A stretch of DNA of 64,000 bases from an uncultured bacterium (GTDB taxonomy: Bacteria; Patescibacteriota; Minisyncoccia; Phycocordibacterales; UBA9973). The notes under the pieces were generated by a model, which worked only from the letters and a program-made list of their open reading frames with translations, was not told the DNA's origin and searched no databases. The stretch lies in NCBI GenBank assembly GCA_903894565.1, contig CAITQP010000011.1, positions 6,515 through 70,514 of the forward strand, given 5' to 3'. Shown piece after piece: positions 27,481-37,225 of this stretch (the stretch's first letter is position 1; every line of letters begins with the position of its first letter). A program made the translations under genes and the position numbers.

Positions 27481-28998
27481 TTACATTCCTTTGACGACAC
27501 GAATCTGTGCACCGATACCATTGAGACGCTCTGCGATTTCTTCATAACCACGCGTGATTGAATATACGTTACGAAGGACTGATGTGCCTTCAGCAGCAAG
27601 CATGGCGATCAAAATGACAGCTGATGGACGGAGTGCTGGAGGACAGACAATTTGAGCTGCGCGAAGTTTTGTTGGTCCTTCAATGAATGCACGATGTGGA
27701 TCGACGAGACGAACATTCGCTCCGAGCTTGTTGAGTTCGGTGAAATAAATCGCGCGATTTTCCCATGTCCAATCGTGAATGAGTGTTGTACCTTTGGCCT
27801 GTGTTGCGATTGGTACAAAGAAGGGAAGATTGTCATTCTGCATTCCCGGGAATGGTTGTGCGTGTAATTTTTCAAGCGGAGCAATGAGCTTGGATGGGGA
27901 AACGGAAATATCACGAAGCGTTGTGCGTCCGTTGTTTGATTTGTATGACTTACTCATTTTGAACTTCACACCCATTTGGCGAAGTTTCTCAATTTCGAGT
28001 TCGATGAATTCAATAGGGCAATGTGTGACCGTCAGAGAACTTTTGGTGACGATTCCAGCAGAAAGAAAGAACATTGATTCAATTGGATCTTCACTATTCC
28101 AGTGCTCAATCGTTTCGTTGATGTTCTCGCGACCGTGCACTGTAAGTGTTGTTGTGCCGATTCCCTCGATTTTGACGCCCATTTTCTCGATAAGAAAACA
28201 CACATCTTGCACTTGATAGTTTGGTGGTGCAAAACGAATGATTGACGTGCCCGCAATGCCAGCTGCCGCGATAAGCATCCCGATCGCTCCGGTATCACTT
28301 GATTCATAGAGTACGAATTCTGCGGGTTTGAGTTTTTTGTAACCAATATCGTATCTATCAGTAACTGTTTTGATGTTCACTCCAAATTTGTTGAGTCCAT
28401 ATTTATGTGCCGCGATAGTGCGTTCACCCATTTTACATCCACCGGAATGTGGGAATGAAAATGATTTCTGCCAATGAATGAGCGCTCCAACGAAAGTGAA
28501 TGAGCGCGTCTTACGAGCTGATTCAAGATTCATTCGATCAAAAGTAAGTTTTGTTGGTGGAATAATTTCGAGCGTGTCTTTTTCTGTCCAGCGCACGGCC
28601 ACACCAAGTGACTCCATAATTTCGATATAGCGGAATACTTCTTCGATACGTGGAATACCGTGGAGAATTGTTTTGCCTTTGTTGAGTAGGGAAGCACAGA
28701 GCATATTGATTGCTCCATTTTTGGAATAGTTGGTACGAATACTCCCTTTGAGTTCGCGCCCGCCGGTCACTTCGAAATCCATGCTTTTTGAAAGCGAGAG
28801 TATTTGGCGTCCGAGGAGTTCACTAATTTTTGCGAGATTGGATACTGTCAAATTTTGCTCACCTTTTTCCATTCGAGCAACGGCGCTTTGAGAGGTGCTG
28901 AGTGCGCTTGCGAATTCTGCTTGGGTGAGACCTCGCTCTTCGCGCAGGTTTTTGATAAACAAACCAATCTTTTCCTGGTCGTCTTTTGTTTTTGCCAT
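27481..28998 (-). CDS. murA: UDP-N-acetylglucosamine 1-carboxyvinyltransferase fused to N-terminal XRE-type HTH
   Basis: res 1-70 HTH (LREERGLTQAEFASALSTSQSAVARMEKGEQNLTVSNLAKISELLG); remainder full MurA. Confidence 0.9.
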   Translation of the reverse strand: MAKTKDDQEKIGLFIKNLREERGLTQAEFASALSTSQSAVARMEKGEQNLTVSNLAKISELLGRQILSLSKSMDFEVTGGRELKGSIRTNYSKNGAINMLCASLLNKGKTILHGIPRIEEVFRYIEIMESLGVAVRWTEKDTLEIIPPTKLTFDRMNLESARKTRSFTFVGALIHWQKSFSFPHSGGCKMGERTIAAHKYGLNKFGVNIKTVTDRYDIGYKKLKPAEFVLYESSDTGAIGMLIAAAGIAGTSIIRFAPPNYQVQDVCFLIEKMGVKIEGIGTTTLTVHGRENINETIEHWNSEDPIESMFFLSAGIVTKSSLTVTHCPIEFIELEIEKLRQMGVKFKMSKSYKSNNGRTTLRDISVSPSKLIAPLEKLHAQPFPGMQNDNLPFFVPIATQAKGTTLIHDWTWENRAIYFTELNKLGANVRLVDPHRAFIEGPTKLRAAQIVCPPALRPSAVILIAMLAAEGTSVLRNVYSITRGYEEIAERLNGIGAQIRVVKGM

Positions 28999-29008
28999 AG
29001 TGGAAATA

Positions 29009-29028
29009 ATATCTCATATATGATATAT
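29009..29028. promoter_or_regulatory. 20-bp imperfect palindrome in the murA/murB divergent intergenic region
   Basis: ATATCTCATATATGATATAT (18/20 symmetric) centred between the two start codons. Confidence 0.4.
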
Positions 29029-29035
29029 TTGCAAT

Positions 29036-30052
29036 ATGTCAATCACGCGCGAATACAACGTTCCGCTCAGTACGCTCTCTACGTTTCGTATTGGCGGAAT
29101 TGCCCGAGAAGTTGTTACTGTTACAACAGAAGATGACCTAGCCGAAGTTTTCCGCCTTATGCCACAAGGTCAAAAATGGTTTTTGCTTGGCGGAGGCTCA
29201 AATATTGTCTTTCCCGACGGTGACCTTGATATGACGCTTATTCGTCCTAAAATTCTGGGGATACGGCTCGAGCACGATATCGAGCTGGTTGTAGGTTCCG
29301 GAGAAATCTGGGATTCTGTTGTCGCCTTCGCTGTGGAAAATGATCTTTCAGGTATTGAGACGTTGTCATGGATTCCAGGTACTGCGGGAGCAACTCCCGT
29401 GCAAAATGTTGGTGCATACGGAACAGAAATCAGTGATGTACTCACATCTCTTCGCGCTTTTGACTTGTGGACTAAATCGATTGTTACTTTTTCAAACAAA
29501 GACTGTAAATTTGGATATCGCGATAGTATTTTTAAGCATGGAGGCAAAGGACGATATGTCATTACTGAGATTACGCTCGCGCTCTCGCGCGAGCTTCCAG
29601 ACGTGCCTCAATATCCAGGAGTCGCCGACTATCTGGCCGAGCACAATATTCGCGCAGCAAGCCTTGTCGATATTCGAAGTGCAATAATTGCGATTCGTAC
29701 CAAAAAACTCCCAGATCCAAAAGAAGTCGCATCGGTCGGTTCGTTTTTTAAAAATACTTTTGTTTCGATTGAGAAAGCGAATCAATTGCGTGCTGAGTAT
29801 CCTACACTCGCGATCTATGGTATCGACGAAAAAACCGCAAAAGTGGGCACAGGCTCACTCATAGATACAATGGGCTGGAAAGGGAAACGTATCGGCAATT
29901 TTTCACTCTATAAAGGTAACGCAATGGTGATTGTAAATGAAGGGGCAGGCACGAGGGCCGAACTTGGCGACGTGGTTCGTCAAATTCAAAATGCTGTGCA
30001 CGAAAAGTATGGAATCAGTATCGAACCTGAGCCGGAGTTGCTCGTGTTCTAG
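29036..30052 (+). CDS. murB: UDP-N-acetylenolpyruvoylglucosamine reductase
   Basis: FAD-binding FRIGG...LLGGGSNIVF, C-terminal MurB domain. Confidence 0.9.
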   Translation: MSITREYNVPLSTLSTFRIGGIAREVVTVTTEDDLAEVFRLMPQGQKWFLLGGGSNIVFPDGDLDMTLIRPKILGIRLEHDIELVVGSGEIWDSVVAFAVENDLSGIETLSWIPGTAGATPVQNVGAYGTEISDVLTSLRAFDLWTKSIVTFSNKDCKFGYRDSIFKHGGKGRYVITEITLALSRELPDVPQYPGVADYLAEHNIRAASLVDIRSAIIAIRTKKLPDPKEVASVGSFFKNTFVSIEKANQLRAEYPTLAIYGIDEKTAKVGTGSLIDTMGWKGKRIGNFSLYKGNAMVIVNEGAGTRAELGDVVRQIQNAVHEKYGISIEPEPELLVF

Positions 30053-30246
30053 TCTGGGTGTAGACTTTAGGAAATCAGAGAAAATGGATTTAAACAAGAT
30101 CCCAGGAACGACGTACGTGGGCGTAGTTGGCTTTCTTTGTGAGATAGCAATAGTAATATTCTATCTTAACAACACCTACGGCATACACTGGTAAAAACGA
30201 AAATATTACTGACCTTGTTGCGGAAGCAATCAGGTCATTTTGGTAT

Positions 30247-31167
30247 TTATTTGAGTACGGCTGTAACGTCAGCAACCATTTTTTCAACGTTTTCTCGGAC
30301 AAAGTAACCATATTCATTTTTGCTGATGTTTTGATCTGCATGAGTGAACGTGATATTGCGCGCAGAGTGTACGAGTGCTCCCATGTGATCGGCGTTGAAA
30401 CATGGAAGTGTGTCGCTTGCGGTACCACCTTGTGCTCCATATCCAGGGACGAGGAAGAATGCTTTTGGCATCATTGTGCGGAGTATTTGGGCCTCTTCGG
30501 GGTGAGTCGCTCCAACAACAGCGCCTACTGAACTATATCCATGTGTTCCGACGAGGTCGTTTCCGAGTTCGGCGACAATCTTTGCGAGCACCGTATAAAG
30601 TGGTTCGCCTTGTTCATTTTTGATATCTTGAAAATCTCCAGAGCCAGGGTTGCTTGTTTTGACGAGGATAAAAATTCCTTTGCCGTATTTCTTACATGCG
30701 TCGACGAAGGGAATCAAACTGTCGCGACCAAGGAATGGCGAGACGGTGACACAGTCAGCATCAAAAATCGGATCTTCAGTGTCGATGATTTTGGTACGAC
30801 CGATAAATGCGTTTGCGTAAGCTTCAGCAGTTGAACCGATGTCGTTACGCTTCGCGTCAACGACAACGAGAAGTCCAGCGCTTTTTGCATACGAAATTGC
30901 TCGCTTCATCGCCCACATTCCTGGGACACCATATTGTTCGTAGAATGCACTTTGGAATTTGACCGCAGGGACGAGGTCCTTGATCTTGTCGATGATGCAT
31001 TCCGCCCATTCAAAAATACTGTCTTCGATGAGTTCGTTCTTCGTTTTGTCTTCACTTTCCGAGAAAAATGCTTGGGGTATGAGTTCCATGCGTGGATCAA
31101 GTCCAATAATGCAGGGGTTACCTTTTTCTTTGATTGCCTCGATGAGTTTGTCTGCGAAATTTTGCAT
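30247..31167 (-). CDS. pyrF: orotidine-5'-phosphate decarboxylase, long (type 2) form
   Basis: IIGLDP...VVDAKRNDIGSTAEAYA...PGYGAQGG. Confidence 0.85.
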   Translation of the reverse strand: MQNFADKLIEAIKEKGNPCIIGLDPRMELIPQAFFSESEDKTKNELIEDSIFEWAECIIDKIKDLVPAVKFQSAFYEQYGVPGMWAMKRAISYAKSAGLLVVVDAKRNDIGSTAEAYANAFIGRTKIIDTEDPIFDADCVTVSPFLGRDSLIPFVDACKKYGKGIFILVKTSNPGSGDFQDIKNEQGEPLYTVLAKIVAELGNDLVGTHGYSSVGAVVGATHPEEAQILRTMMPKAFFLVPGYGAQGGTASDTLPCFNADHMGALVHSARNITFTHADQNISKNEYGYFVRENVEKMVADVTAVLK

Positions 31168-31192
31168 AGTTTAAATACTATACCATAAAATG

Positions 31193-32362
31193 CTATTTTC
31201 CTGAGGCGATGACTCTGCGGTAGTATTCGACGTATTCTTGGACTTTTGCTTCGGGCGTAAATTGTGATTGTGCAATGGTTTTTGCGTTTTTTCCGAGTGA
31301 ATCTACGAGTTCAGGATTTTTCGAAAGTTCGATGAGTTTTTGGGCCATGCTGTCGGTATCTCCGATCTTAAAAAGGAAACCCGTTTTGGCATTACTCATG
31401 AATTCTGGGATACCGCCAGCACGTGTGGCGAGGACGGGCTTGCCGTAGGCAAGCGTCTCAAGGATGCCCATGCCAAAACTTTCTTCTTCGGATGTGTATA
31501 TGCCGAGGTCCGAAGCACTGATGTAATTTTCGATATCAAGTACGCGGGGAAGCACAATGATACGGTTTTCGAGACCATGTTTTTTGACGAGTGGCTGAAA
31601 GACTGAAAAATCTCCGCCTGAGAGAACGAGCAATTTGATGCGAGGATGCTTTTTTACTTTTTTGATAATCTCGATCAAATCAGGAATGCGTTTGACAGGG
31701 CGAAGGTTTGAGAGATGGATGGCAAGGAACTCGTCGTCGCGTACGCCAACACTCGCGCGAATAGATTCGCGAGATTTTGTTGGAATTTTTGGATTATAAA
31801 AATTGTGGATGACTTTGATTTCTTTTTTTGTCTTGAGCACTTTGACTGTGTCCTTCTTGAGACTTTCAGATACGGCTGTTACTCCACACGAGCTCTCGAT
31901 CGAATATTTTATGACGGGCATAACAGTCTTGTCTCGGCCGAGGAGTGTGATGTCTGTTCCGTGAAGCGTGGTAACGACATGCGGGAAGGGAAGTTTCTCT
32001 TCATTGGCAATACTTTTGGCAAGGAGGGCTGCTGTCGCATGAGGCACAGCGTAATGCACGTGCAAAATATCAAGCTTGTATTTTCGTGATACATCAACCA
32101 TTTTGACTGCAAGTGGCAAAGTGTAATCAGGATATTTAAAAAGCTCGTATCCGTTGAAGGTTACTTTGTCGAACGAAATATTTGGCTCATTCGTATCGAG
32201 TTTAAAAGGCTCATCATAACTAATGAAATGTACTTTGTGTCCGAGGCGTGCAAGCTCGGTGCCAAGTTGTGTTGCAACGATACCTGACCCTCCGACAGAC
32301 GGATAGCAGACGATTCCAATTGCAAGATGTTTTTTTGAATTTATTTGTTGAGTATGTTTCAT
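31193..32362 (-). CDS. bshA: GT4 glycosyltransferase, BshA-like (N-acetyl-alpha-D-glucosaminyl L-malate synthase)
   Basis: IGIVCYPSVGGSGIVATQLGTELARLGHKVHFIS closely resembles the BshA N-terminus; C-terminal GT4 EX7E region. Confidence 0.7.
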   Translation of the reverse strand: MKHTQQINSKKHLAIGIVCYPSVGGSGIVATQLGTELARLGHKVHFISYDEPFKLDTNEPNISFDKVTFNGYELFKYPDYTLPLAVKMVDVSRKYKLDILHVHYAVPHATAALLAKSIANEEKLPFPHVVTTLHGTDITLLGRDKTVMPVIKYSIESSCGVTAVSESLKKDTVKVLKTKKEIKVIHNFYNPKIPTKSRESIRASVGVRDDEFLAIHLSNLRPVKRIPDLIEIIKKVKKHPRIKLLVLSGGDFSVFQPLVKKHGLENRIIVLPRVLDIENYISASDLGIYTSEEESFGMGILETLAYGKPVLATRAGGIPEFMSNAKTGFLFKIGDTDSMAQKLIELSKNPELVDSLGKNAKTIAQSQFTPEAKVQEYVEYYRRVIASGK

Positions 32363-33054
32363 TTATATTTTCTTGATGAACCGAGTTTTTCCAGTGTGTC
32401 GATCATGATTGAATCATTTGCCCAAAGGCCAATCGCGTAGTCCACTCCAACTGTTGCACCAAGATATTTTGCTTTGCTTGTAACAAGGTTGATATATCCG
32501 CGTGTTTTCATTTGGCTTTCGTGGAGGCTCATTGCTTCTGCCCACTTTGAATATTCAGTGGTGACATCAATGATGATATCGGGACGTTTGTCGAATTCGG
32601 CACTTGAGGGATAGTAGTAGAGTGCTTCGATTGAGTGGACGGGGAGTGATTTGAGATCTTCGAGGCCGCCGTAGCGCGCGAGGCGGGACGCCGAGCGCGC
32701 AATGTGAGCAACAGCAAGATGGTCAGGGTGTTGATTTTCCGTGAGGGAAGGAGCAAGTACGATGTCTGGTTTCCATGTGCGAATAATTTCAGCGATTAGT
32801 TTGCGGTTGGCTGGAGTGTCTTCAATATGACAATCACCACCCATGTCAACATATTGAAATTCTGCACCGATATGCTTGGCTGCAGATTCCGCTTCCACCT
32901 TTCGTCCCTCGGGGGTTCCGTTCGACCCCGCTTCGCCAAGTGAACACACAATTATTTTAACCTGTGCGCCATTGTTGATTTCTTTAATGAGGAGACCACT
33001 AACACCAAATTCAACGTCGTCTGGATGTGCACCGATAGCAAGAATTTTTTTCAT
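32359..33054 (-). CDS. bshB: PIG-L/LmbE-family deacetylase, BshB-like
   Basis: ILAIGAHPDDVEFG...HPDH zinc-binding motifs; overlaps bshA start by 4 nt. Confidence 0.75.
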   Translation of the reverse strand: MKKILAIGAHPDDVEFGVSGLLIKEINNGAQVKIIVCSLGEAGSNGTPEGRKVEAESAAKHIGAEFQYVDMGGDCHIEDTPANRKLIAEIIRTWKPDIVLAPSLTENQHPDHLAVAHIARSASRLARYGGLEDLKSLPVHSIEALYYYPSSAEFDKRPDIIIDVTTEYSKWAEAMSLHESQMKTRGYINLVTSKAKYLGATVGVDYAIGLWANDSIMIDTLEKLGSSRKYK

Positions 33055-33069
33055 AGAGATGGTTCGTAT

Positions 33070-33846
33070 TTATAGTTCTGGTAAATATGCGTAATTTGAA
33101 TCACTGATTTCGTCACGAGTTACAAAAGTTACGTCAGGGAAGTCGTTTTTATTCAGGTAGGCATCTTCACCTGCGCCACTGATGTAATGTGTACAATGTA
33201 GCACAGATTGCATCCATCGAAAGCGGTAATCTCGTCCTGGATTTTTTTGCGATTGTTCAATGTGTTCGGGAGCCGGAATTGTAATGTAGCTTCCTCCACC
33301 TTCGTGGAGACGAAAGGTGTCACCCGATTTTTCTGCGCGAACGATTTCGCCTTCATAAGGAATATCTGCATAGTAGTCGCTCGTGAGGTCGTCGGCTTGT
33401 TCGCGGAATAGTTTGTCACCCGAGCGTACGACTTCGATGCCATCGAGGAGTCCGAGTCGTCGATACATATCGAGGCAAAAATCTCCCGCGCTCGCTCCGC
33501 TCGCGCTCACAAATACGTCCACGAATTTTGCCGGTACCAATCGTGGAAGTTTACGAGCAATTTCATCCTGCCAGCCGAGAGGAATCATTTTGGCGTAGAG
33601 GGGACTATATTTTTTTTGAATTTTGTTCTCTTGGGTGAAATTGAGACGCACATCTTCGCCATTCAATGGATCACGAAAGAGGGTAATCGTCTCGCGATAA
33701 TCAGCATCTGAATCGTGGTAGAAAAACACAATTTTGCCACCAATTTCCTTTTGGAGTCGGCGTGCGGTGAGTATCTTGGCATAGAGATAGCGCTTGGGAA
33801 AAAATCCACATGGTTGCTGTCCGAAACAAATAATAGGCTCATGCAT
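33070..33846 (-). CDS. BshC-like protein, N-terminal Rossmann-like half only
   Basis: IICFGQQPCGFFPKRYLYAKI and IVFFYHDSDAD resemble the BshC blocks GGQQAGLLTGPLYTIHKI and PVFWIAGEDHD (from memory); 258 aa versus ~540 aa for BshC. Confidence 0.4.
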   Translation of the reverse strand: MHEPIICFGQQPCGFFPKRYLYAKILTARRLQKEIGGKIVFFYHDSDADYRETITLFRDPLNGEDVRLNFTQENKIQKKYSPLYAKMIPLGWQDEIARKLPRLVPAKFVDVFVSASGASAGDFCLDMYRRLGLLDGIEVVRSGDKLFREQADDLTSDYYADIPYEGEIVRAEKSGDTFRLHEGGGSYITIPAPEHIEQSQKNPGRDYRFRWMQSVLHCTHYISGAGEDAYLNKNDFPDVTFVTRDEISDSNYAYLPEL

Positions 33847-33907
33847 AGTCCCTCTACTCTACCATGTTCGCCAAATTCTGCGAGCCTGCTATAATCTGCG
33901 CACATAT

Positions 33908-35650
33908 ATGAAAATTTTTTACCATTACCTGAAAAAATATTGGAAATTGTGCGCATTAACCATTGTTCTTGCCAGTATCAACCAGATTTTCTCATTACTT
34001 GATCCATACATATTTCGCCATGTGATTGATGAGTATGCGATGAAGCCTGACATTTACACACGTGCGGAATTTTTCCATGGAGTCGGGTTGCTCCTTCTTG
34101 CTATCGTGGGTGTTGCTTTTATTTCTCGCACTGCAAAGAATTTTCAAGATTATTTTTTGAATGGTGTGAGTAAGCGCGTCGGTGCTGATTTGTATCGCGA
34201 CGGAATCGCTCATTCACTGGCACTGCCGTATGAGAGTTTTGAGGATGAGCGCAGCGGCGAAACGCTCGGGAAACTTCAGAAAGTACGTGATGATACAGAA
34301 AAATTAATCGCTGCGCTCATCAACATCCTTTTTGTCTCGCTCGTTGGGTTCATCTTTGTGGCAATCTACGCGGTTCATATTTATTGGGGTGTGGCTGTCG
34401 CGTTCCTTTCTACAGTACCGATCATCGGTGGAATGAGTTTATTGTTGTCTCAAAAAATTAAACGCATACAGACTATCATCGTCAGGGAAACAACAGCACT
34501 TGCTGGTTCGACGACAGAATCACTCCGCAACATCGAGCTCGTGAAGAGCCTCGGTCTCGCAGATCAGGAGGTTGATCGTCTCAATACGACAACAAACAAG
34601 ATTCTCAATCTCGAACTCAAAAAACTCCGTTACCTCCGCAGTTTGAGTTTTATTCAAGGTACTGTCATAAACTTTATTCGCACGAGCATTCTTTTTTTCC
34701 TTGTGTATCTCATTTTCGCGAAGGTTATTACCTTTGGTGAGTTCTTTTCTCTCTTCGTGTATTCATTCTTTGTCTTTAATCCACTTCAAGAGATGGGCAC
34801 AGTCATTTCAACATATCGTGAAGCTGAAGCGTCGCTTGCGAACTTCGAATTGCTTCTTAATGCACCAGTTGAGCATGAGGCAGAGAATCCAACGCCAATC
34901 GGTGTCGTAGAACATCTCGAGTTCAAGGATGTTTCATTCGGGTATAAAAGCGCACAAAATCAAGCCTTGGAACATATTTCCTACGATGTTCGTCGGGGAC
35001 AGACTGTCGCATTCGTCGGACCATCTGGCTCGGGCAAAACTTCAATGGTCAAATTACTTGTCGGCTTGTACCAACCAACGAATGGTGCGGTGCTCTACAA
35101 TGGCGTCCGTCATGACGAAATGCAAAAGGATGAATTGAGAAAACAAATTGGATTCGTCACGCAAGACACACAGCTCTTTGCTGGAACAATTCGTGAAAAT
35201 CTACGTTTCGTATATCCAAATGCAACTGATGCTGAATGTCTTGATGCACTCGTAAAAGCTCAGTGTCAAAATTTGCTCGCGCGCGGTGGACAAGGACTCG
35301 ACACTGTCATTGGTGAAGGTGGAGTAAAAGTATCTGGTGGAGAAAAACAGCGTCTCTCAATTGCTCGCGCCTTGCTCCGCAAACCGAATGTCCTCGTCTT
35401 TGACGAAGCAACAAGTTCTCTCGATTCACTTACTGAAGAGGAAATCGGAAAGACCATCAAAGATGTTTCTGAAGTTCGATCACATATTACGGTACTGATT
35501 GCGCACCGTCTTTCTACTGTTATGCACGCAGACACGATTCATGTTCTTGAAAAAGGAAAAATTGTTGAATCGGGGACACATACAGATCTGCTCGCGCAAA
35601 AAGGACTCTATTATGCGATGTGGCGACAACAAATCGGCGAGCGAACATAG
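33908..35650 (+). CDS. ABC transporter permease/ATP-binding protein (type I exporter, MsbA-like)
   Basis: 6-TM domain plus NBD with GPSGSGKTS, LSGGEKQR, VLVFDEATSSLD, H-loop. Confidence 0.9.
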   Translation: MKIFYHYLKKYWKLCALTIVLASINQIFSLLDPYIFRHVIDEYAMKPDIYTRAEFFHGVGLLLLAIVGVAFISRTAKNFQDYFLNGVSKRVGADLYRDGIAHSLALPYESFEDERSGETLGKLQKVRDDTEKLIAALINILFVSLVGFIFVAIYAVHIYWGVAVAFLSTVPIIGGMSLLLSQKIKRIQTIIVRETTALAGSTTESLRNIELVKSLGLADQEVDRLNTTTNKILNLELKKLRYLRSLSFIQGTVINFIRTSILFFLVYLIFAKVITFGEFFSLFVYSFFVFNPLQEMGTVISTYREAEASLANFELLLNAPVEHEAENPTPIGVVEHLEFKDVSFGYKSAQNQALEHISYDVRRGQTVAFVGPSGSGKTSMVKLLVGLYQPTNGAVLYNGVRHDEMQKDELRKQIGFVTQDTQLFAGTIRENLRFVYPNATDAECLDALVKAQCQNLLARGGQGLDTVIGEGGVKVSGGEKQRLSIARALLRKPNVLVFDEATSSLDSLTEEEIGKTIKDVSEVRSHITVLIAHRLSTVMHADTIHVLEKGKIVESGTHTDLLAQKGLYYAMWRQQIGERT

Positions 35651-35695
35651 TCAAAATTCACATACTTTGAAATCCACAGCAACCTTTGCGACTCA

Positions 35696-35724
35696 TTGAC
35701 AAGTCATGCATTAAGGAGTATAAT
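35696..35724 (+). promoter_or_regulatory. consensus sigma70 promoter for dockerin/cohesin operon
   Basis: TTGACA-N17-TATAAT, perfect hexamers. Confidence 0.55.
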
Positions 35725-35762
35725 ATGAATCTTAACAGTTTGTAAGGTTTTTTGTATTTCTT

Positions 35763-36512
35763 ATGAATATTTCAATCAGTATGAAGAATAAGGCTTTGAA
35801 GGGCGCAATCATTGCTATGAGTCTCGGCCTAACCACTTTTTGTGGTGTTGCCTTTGCTCAGATGAGTCCGCTCGTTTCCGTTGGGCGTGTCGCACATCCA
35901 ACCAGTACATCGTACGGGTATGGAGTAACAACAACGACAACTGTTCCATTTCTCGGATTTGTTTCAGTTTCAAATATTGAACAAACATCTGCAACTTTTA
36001 CTAGTTCAATAACGAGTAACGGTGGAAGTACAATTACCGAGGATGGTTTCGTTTATAAATCAGTAACCCCTGGGGTTTCTTCAAGCGGCACTATCCCTTC
36101 AGATATACCAGCACCTTCAGGTGTTGGCGCAGTTACAGCAAACGTAACAGGACTTCTCTGTGGAACTAAATACTCAGATGAATTTTACGCAAAAAATGTA
36201 GACAGAGGTATTACATGGAGCGGTTCAGATATGAATGGTGAAGCCGCTACATTTACTACGCTCCCATGTACTGTCACGACAGTCGCAACGACTGGTGGTG
36301 GAGGAGGTGGAGGCTCAATCAGTGGAGGTGCAGGACACCCAATGTTTGCTCCATCTGATACAAACTCAGACGGAAAAACTGATATGGTAGATTACGCTCA
36401 GGTCATGGCAAACTGGGGAAGTACTACACCTGGAAATGGTGCTGACATCAATAAAGATGGCAAAGTTGATATTCTTGATATCGTCGACTTAATGGCAAAC
36501 TGGGCAAAATAA
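35763..36512 (+). CDS. secreted FN3-like domain protein with C-terminal dockerin-type repeats
   Basis: signal peptide; FN3-like core (TANVTGLLCGTKYSDEFYAKNVDRG); Gly7 linker; two dockerin/EF-hand-like repeats DTNSDGKTDMVDYAQVMANWG and DINKDGKVDILDIVDLMANW. Confidence 0.6.
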   Translation: MNISISMKNKALKGAIIAMSLGLTTFCGVAFAQMSPLVSVGRVAHPTSTSYGYGVTTTTTVPFLGFVSVSNIEQTSATFTSSITSNGGSTITEDGFVYKSVTPGVSSSGTIPSDIPAPSGVGAVTANVTGLLCGTKYSDEFYAKNVDRGITWSGSDMNGEAATFTTLPCTVTTVATTGGGGGGGSISGGAGHPMFAPSDTNSDGKTDMVDYAQVMANWGSTTPGNGADINKDGKVDILDIVDLMANWAK

Positions 36513-36515
36513 TAT

Positions 36516-37211
36516 ATGAAAAAAATAACAGTATTGAGTGCGGTAACAGTTGTGAGTGCGCTCTTGTTCGCTGTTCCGGCATTTGCTCAAACATCTGCAG
36601 GATTTACACCAAGTACCGTGAATGTTGCACGAGGTTCCGAGTTTAGTTTTGTTGTCTCTGTTGATCCAAACGGAACAAGTAACTATGCAGAAAAATTGGT
36701 ACTCAAATATCCAGCGAGTCAGCTTGAAGTCGTTTCATTCACTCAGTCACCGAATTGGATGGCAATCCCATCACAAACAGGATACGATTTGATTGATAAC
36801 AAAAGTGGTGTACTCATCAAGACAGCTGGTTACGCAAATGGTATTTCAAGCAAAACAGATTTTGGAACAGTACTCTTTCGAGCGAAAGATTTCGGACCAG
36901 CAACAATTTCAGTAGGAACTGATTCACTTGCGTATGAAAAAAACACTCAGACCGCTATTTCTGGATCAGATCTCGTCGTTACCGTGAAAGCGCCGACACC
37001 TGTTGTAAGCAATACACCAACTGGCGCTGTCGCAGAAAAAACTGTTGCAACAAAACTGACTGTTTCAGAGCAACCTGCAGCTGCCGTAAACGCGGGAGTT
37101 TCCGTTGGAACAAAAACAGTGTACTGGGTTTTGGGAATCGCGATCCTCTTGGGAGGCGCATGGTTTGGCTACAAGAAATCACAAGAAAACAAAGACGTTA
37201 CGACTAAATAA
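36516..37211 (+). CDS. membrane-anchored cohesin-like domain protein
   Basis: signal peptide, ~140-aa beta-sandwich with VNVARGSEFSFVVSVDP...AEKLVLKYPASQLEVVSF (cohesin-like pattern), Thr/Pro linker, C-terminal TM + KKSQENK tail. Confidence 0.5.
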   Translation: MKKITVLSAVTVVSALLFAVPAFAQTSAGFTPSTVNVARGSEFSFVVSVDPNGTSNYAEKLVLKYPASQLEVVSFTQSPNWMAIPSQTGYDLIDNKSGVLIKTAGYANGISSKTDFGTVLFRAKDFGPATISVGTDSLAYEKNTQTAISGSDLVVTVKAPTPVVSNTPTGAVAEKTVATKLTVSEQPAAAVNAGVSVGTKTVYWVLGIAILLGGAWFGYKKSQENKDVTTK

Positions 37212-37225
37212 TTTTACCTACAAAC

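Noticed and set aside
33070-33846. Considered calling the 258-aa protein a full BshC
   Set aside because: It is only about half the BshC length. Called BshC-like N-terminal fragment with low confidence instead.
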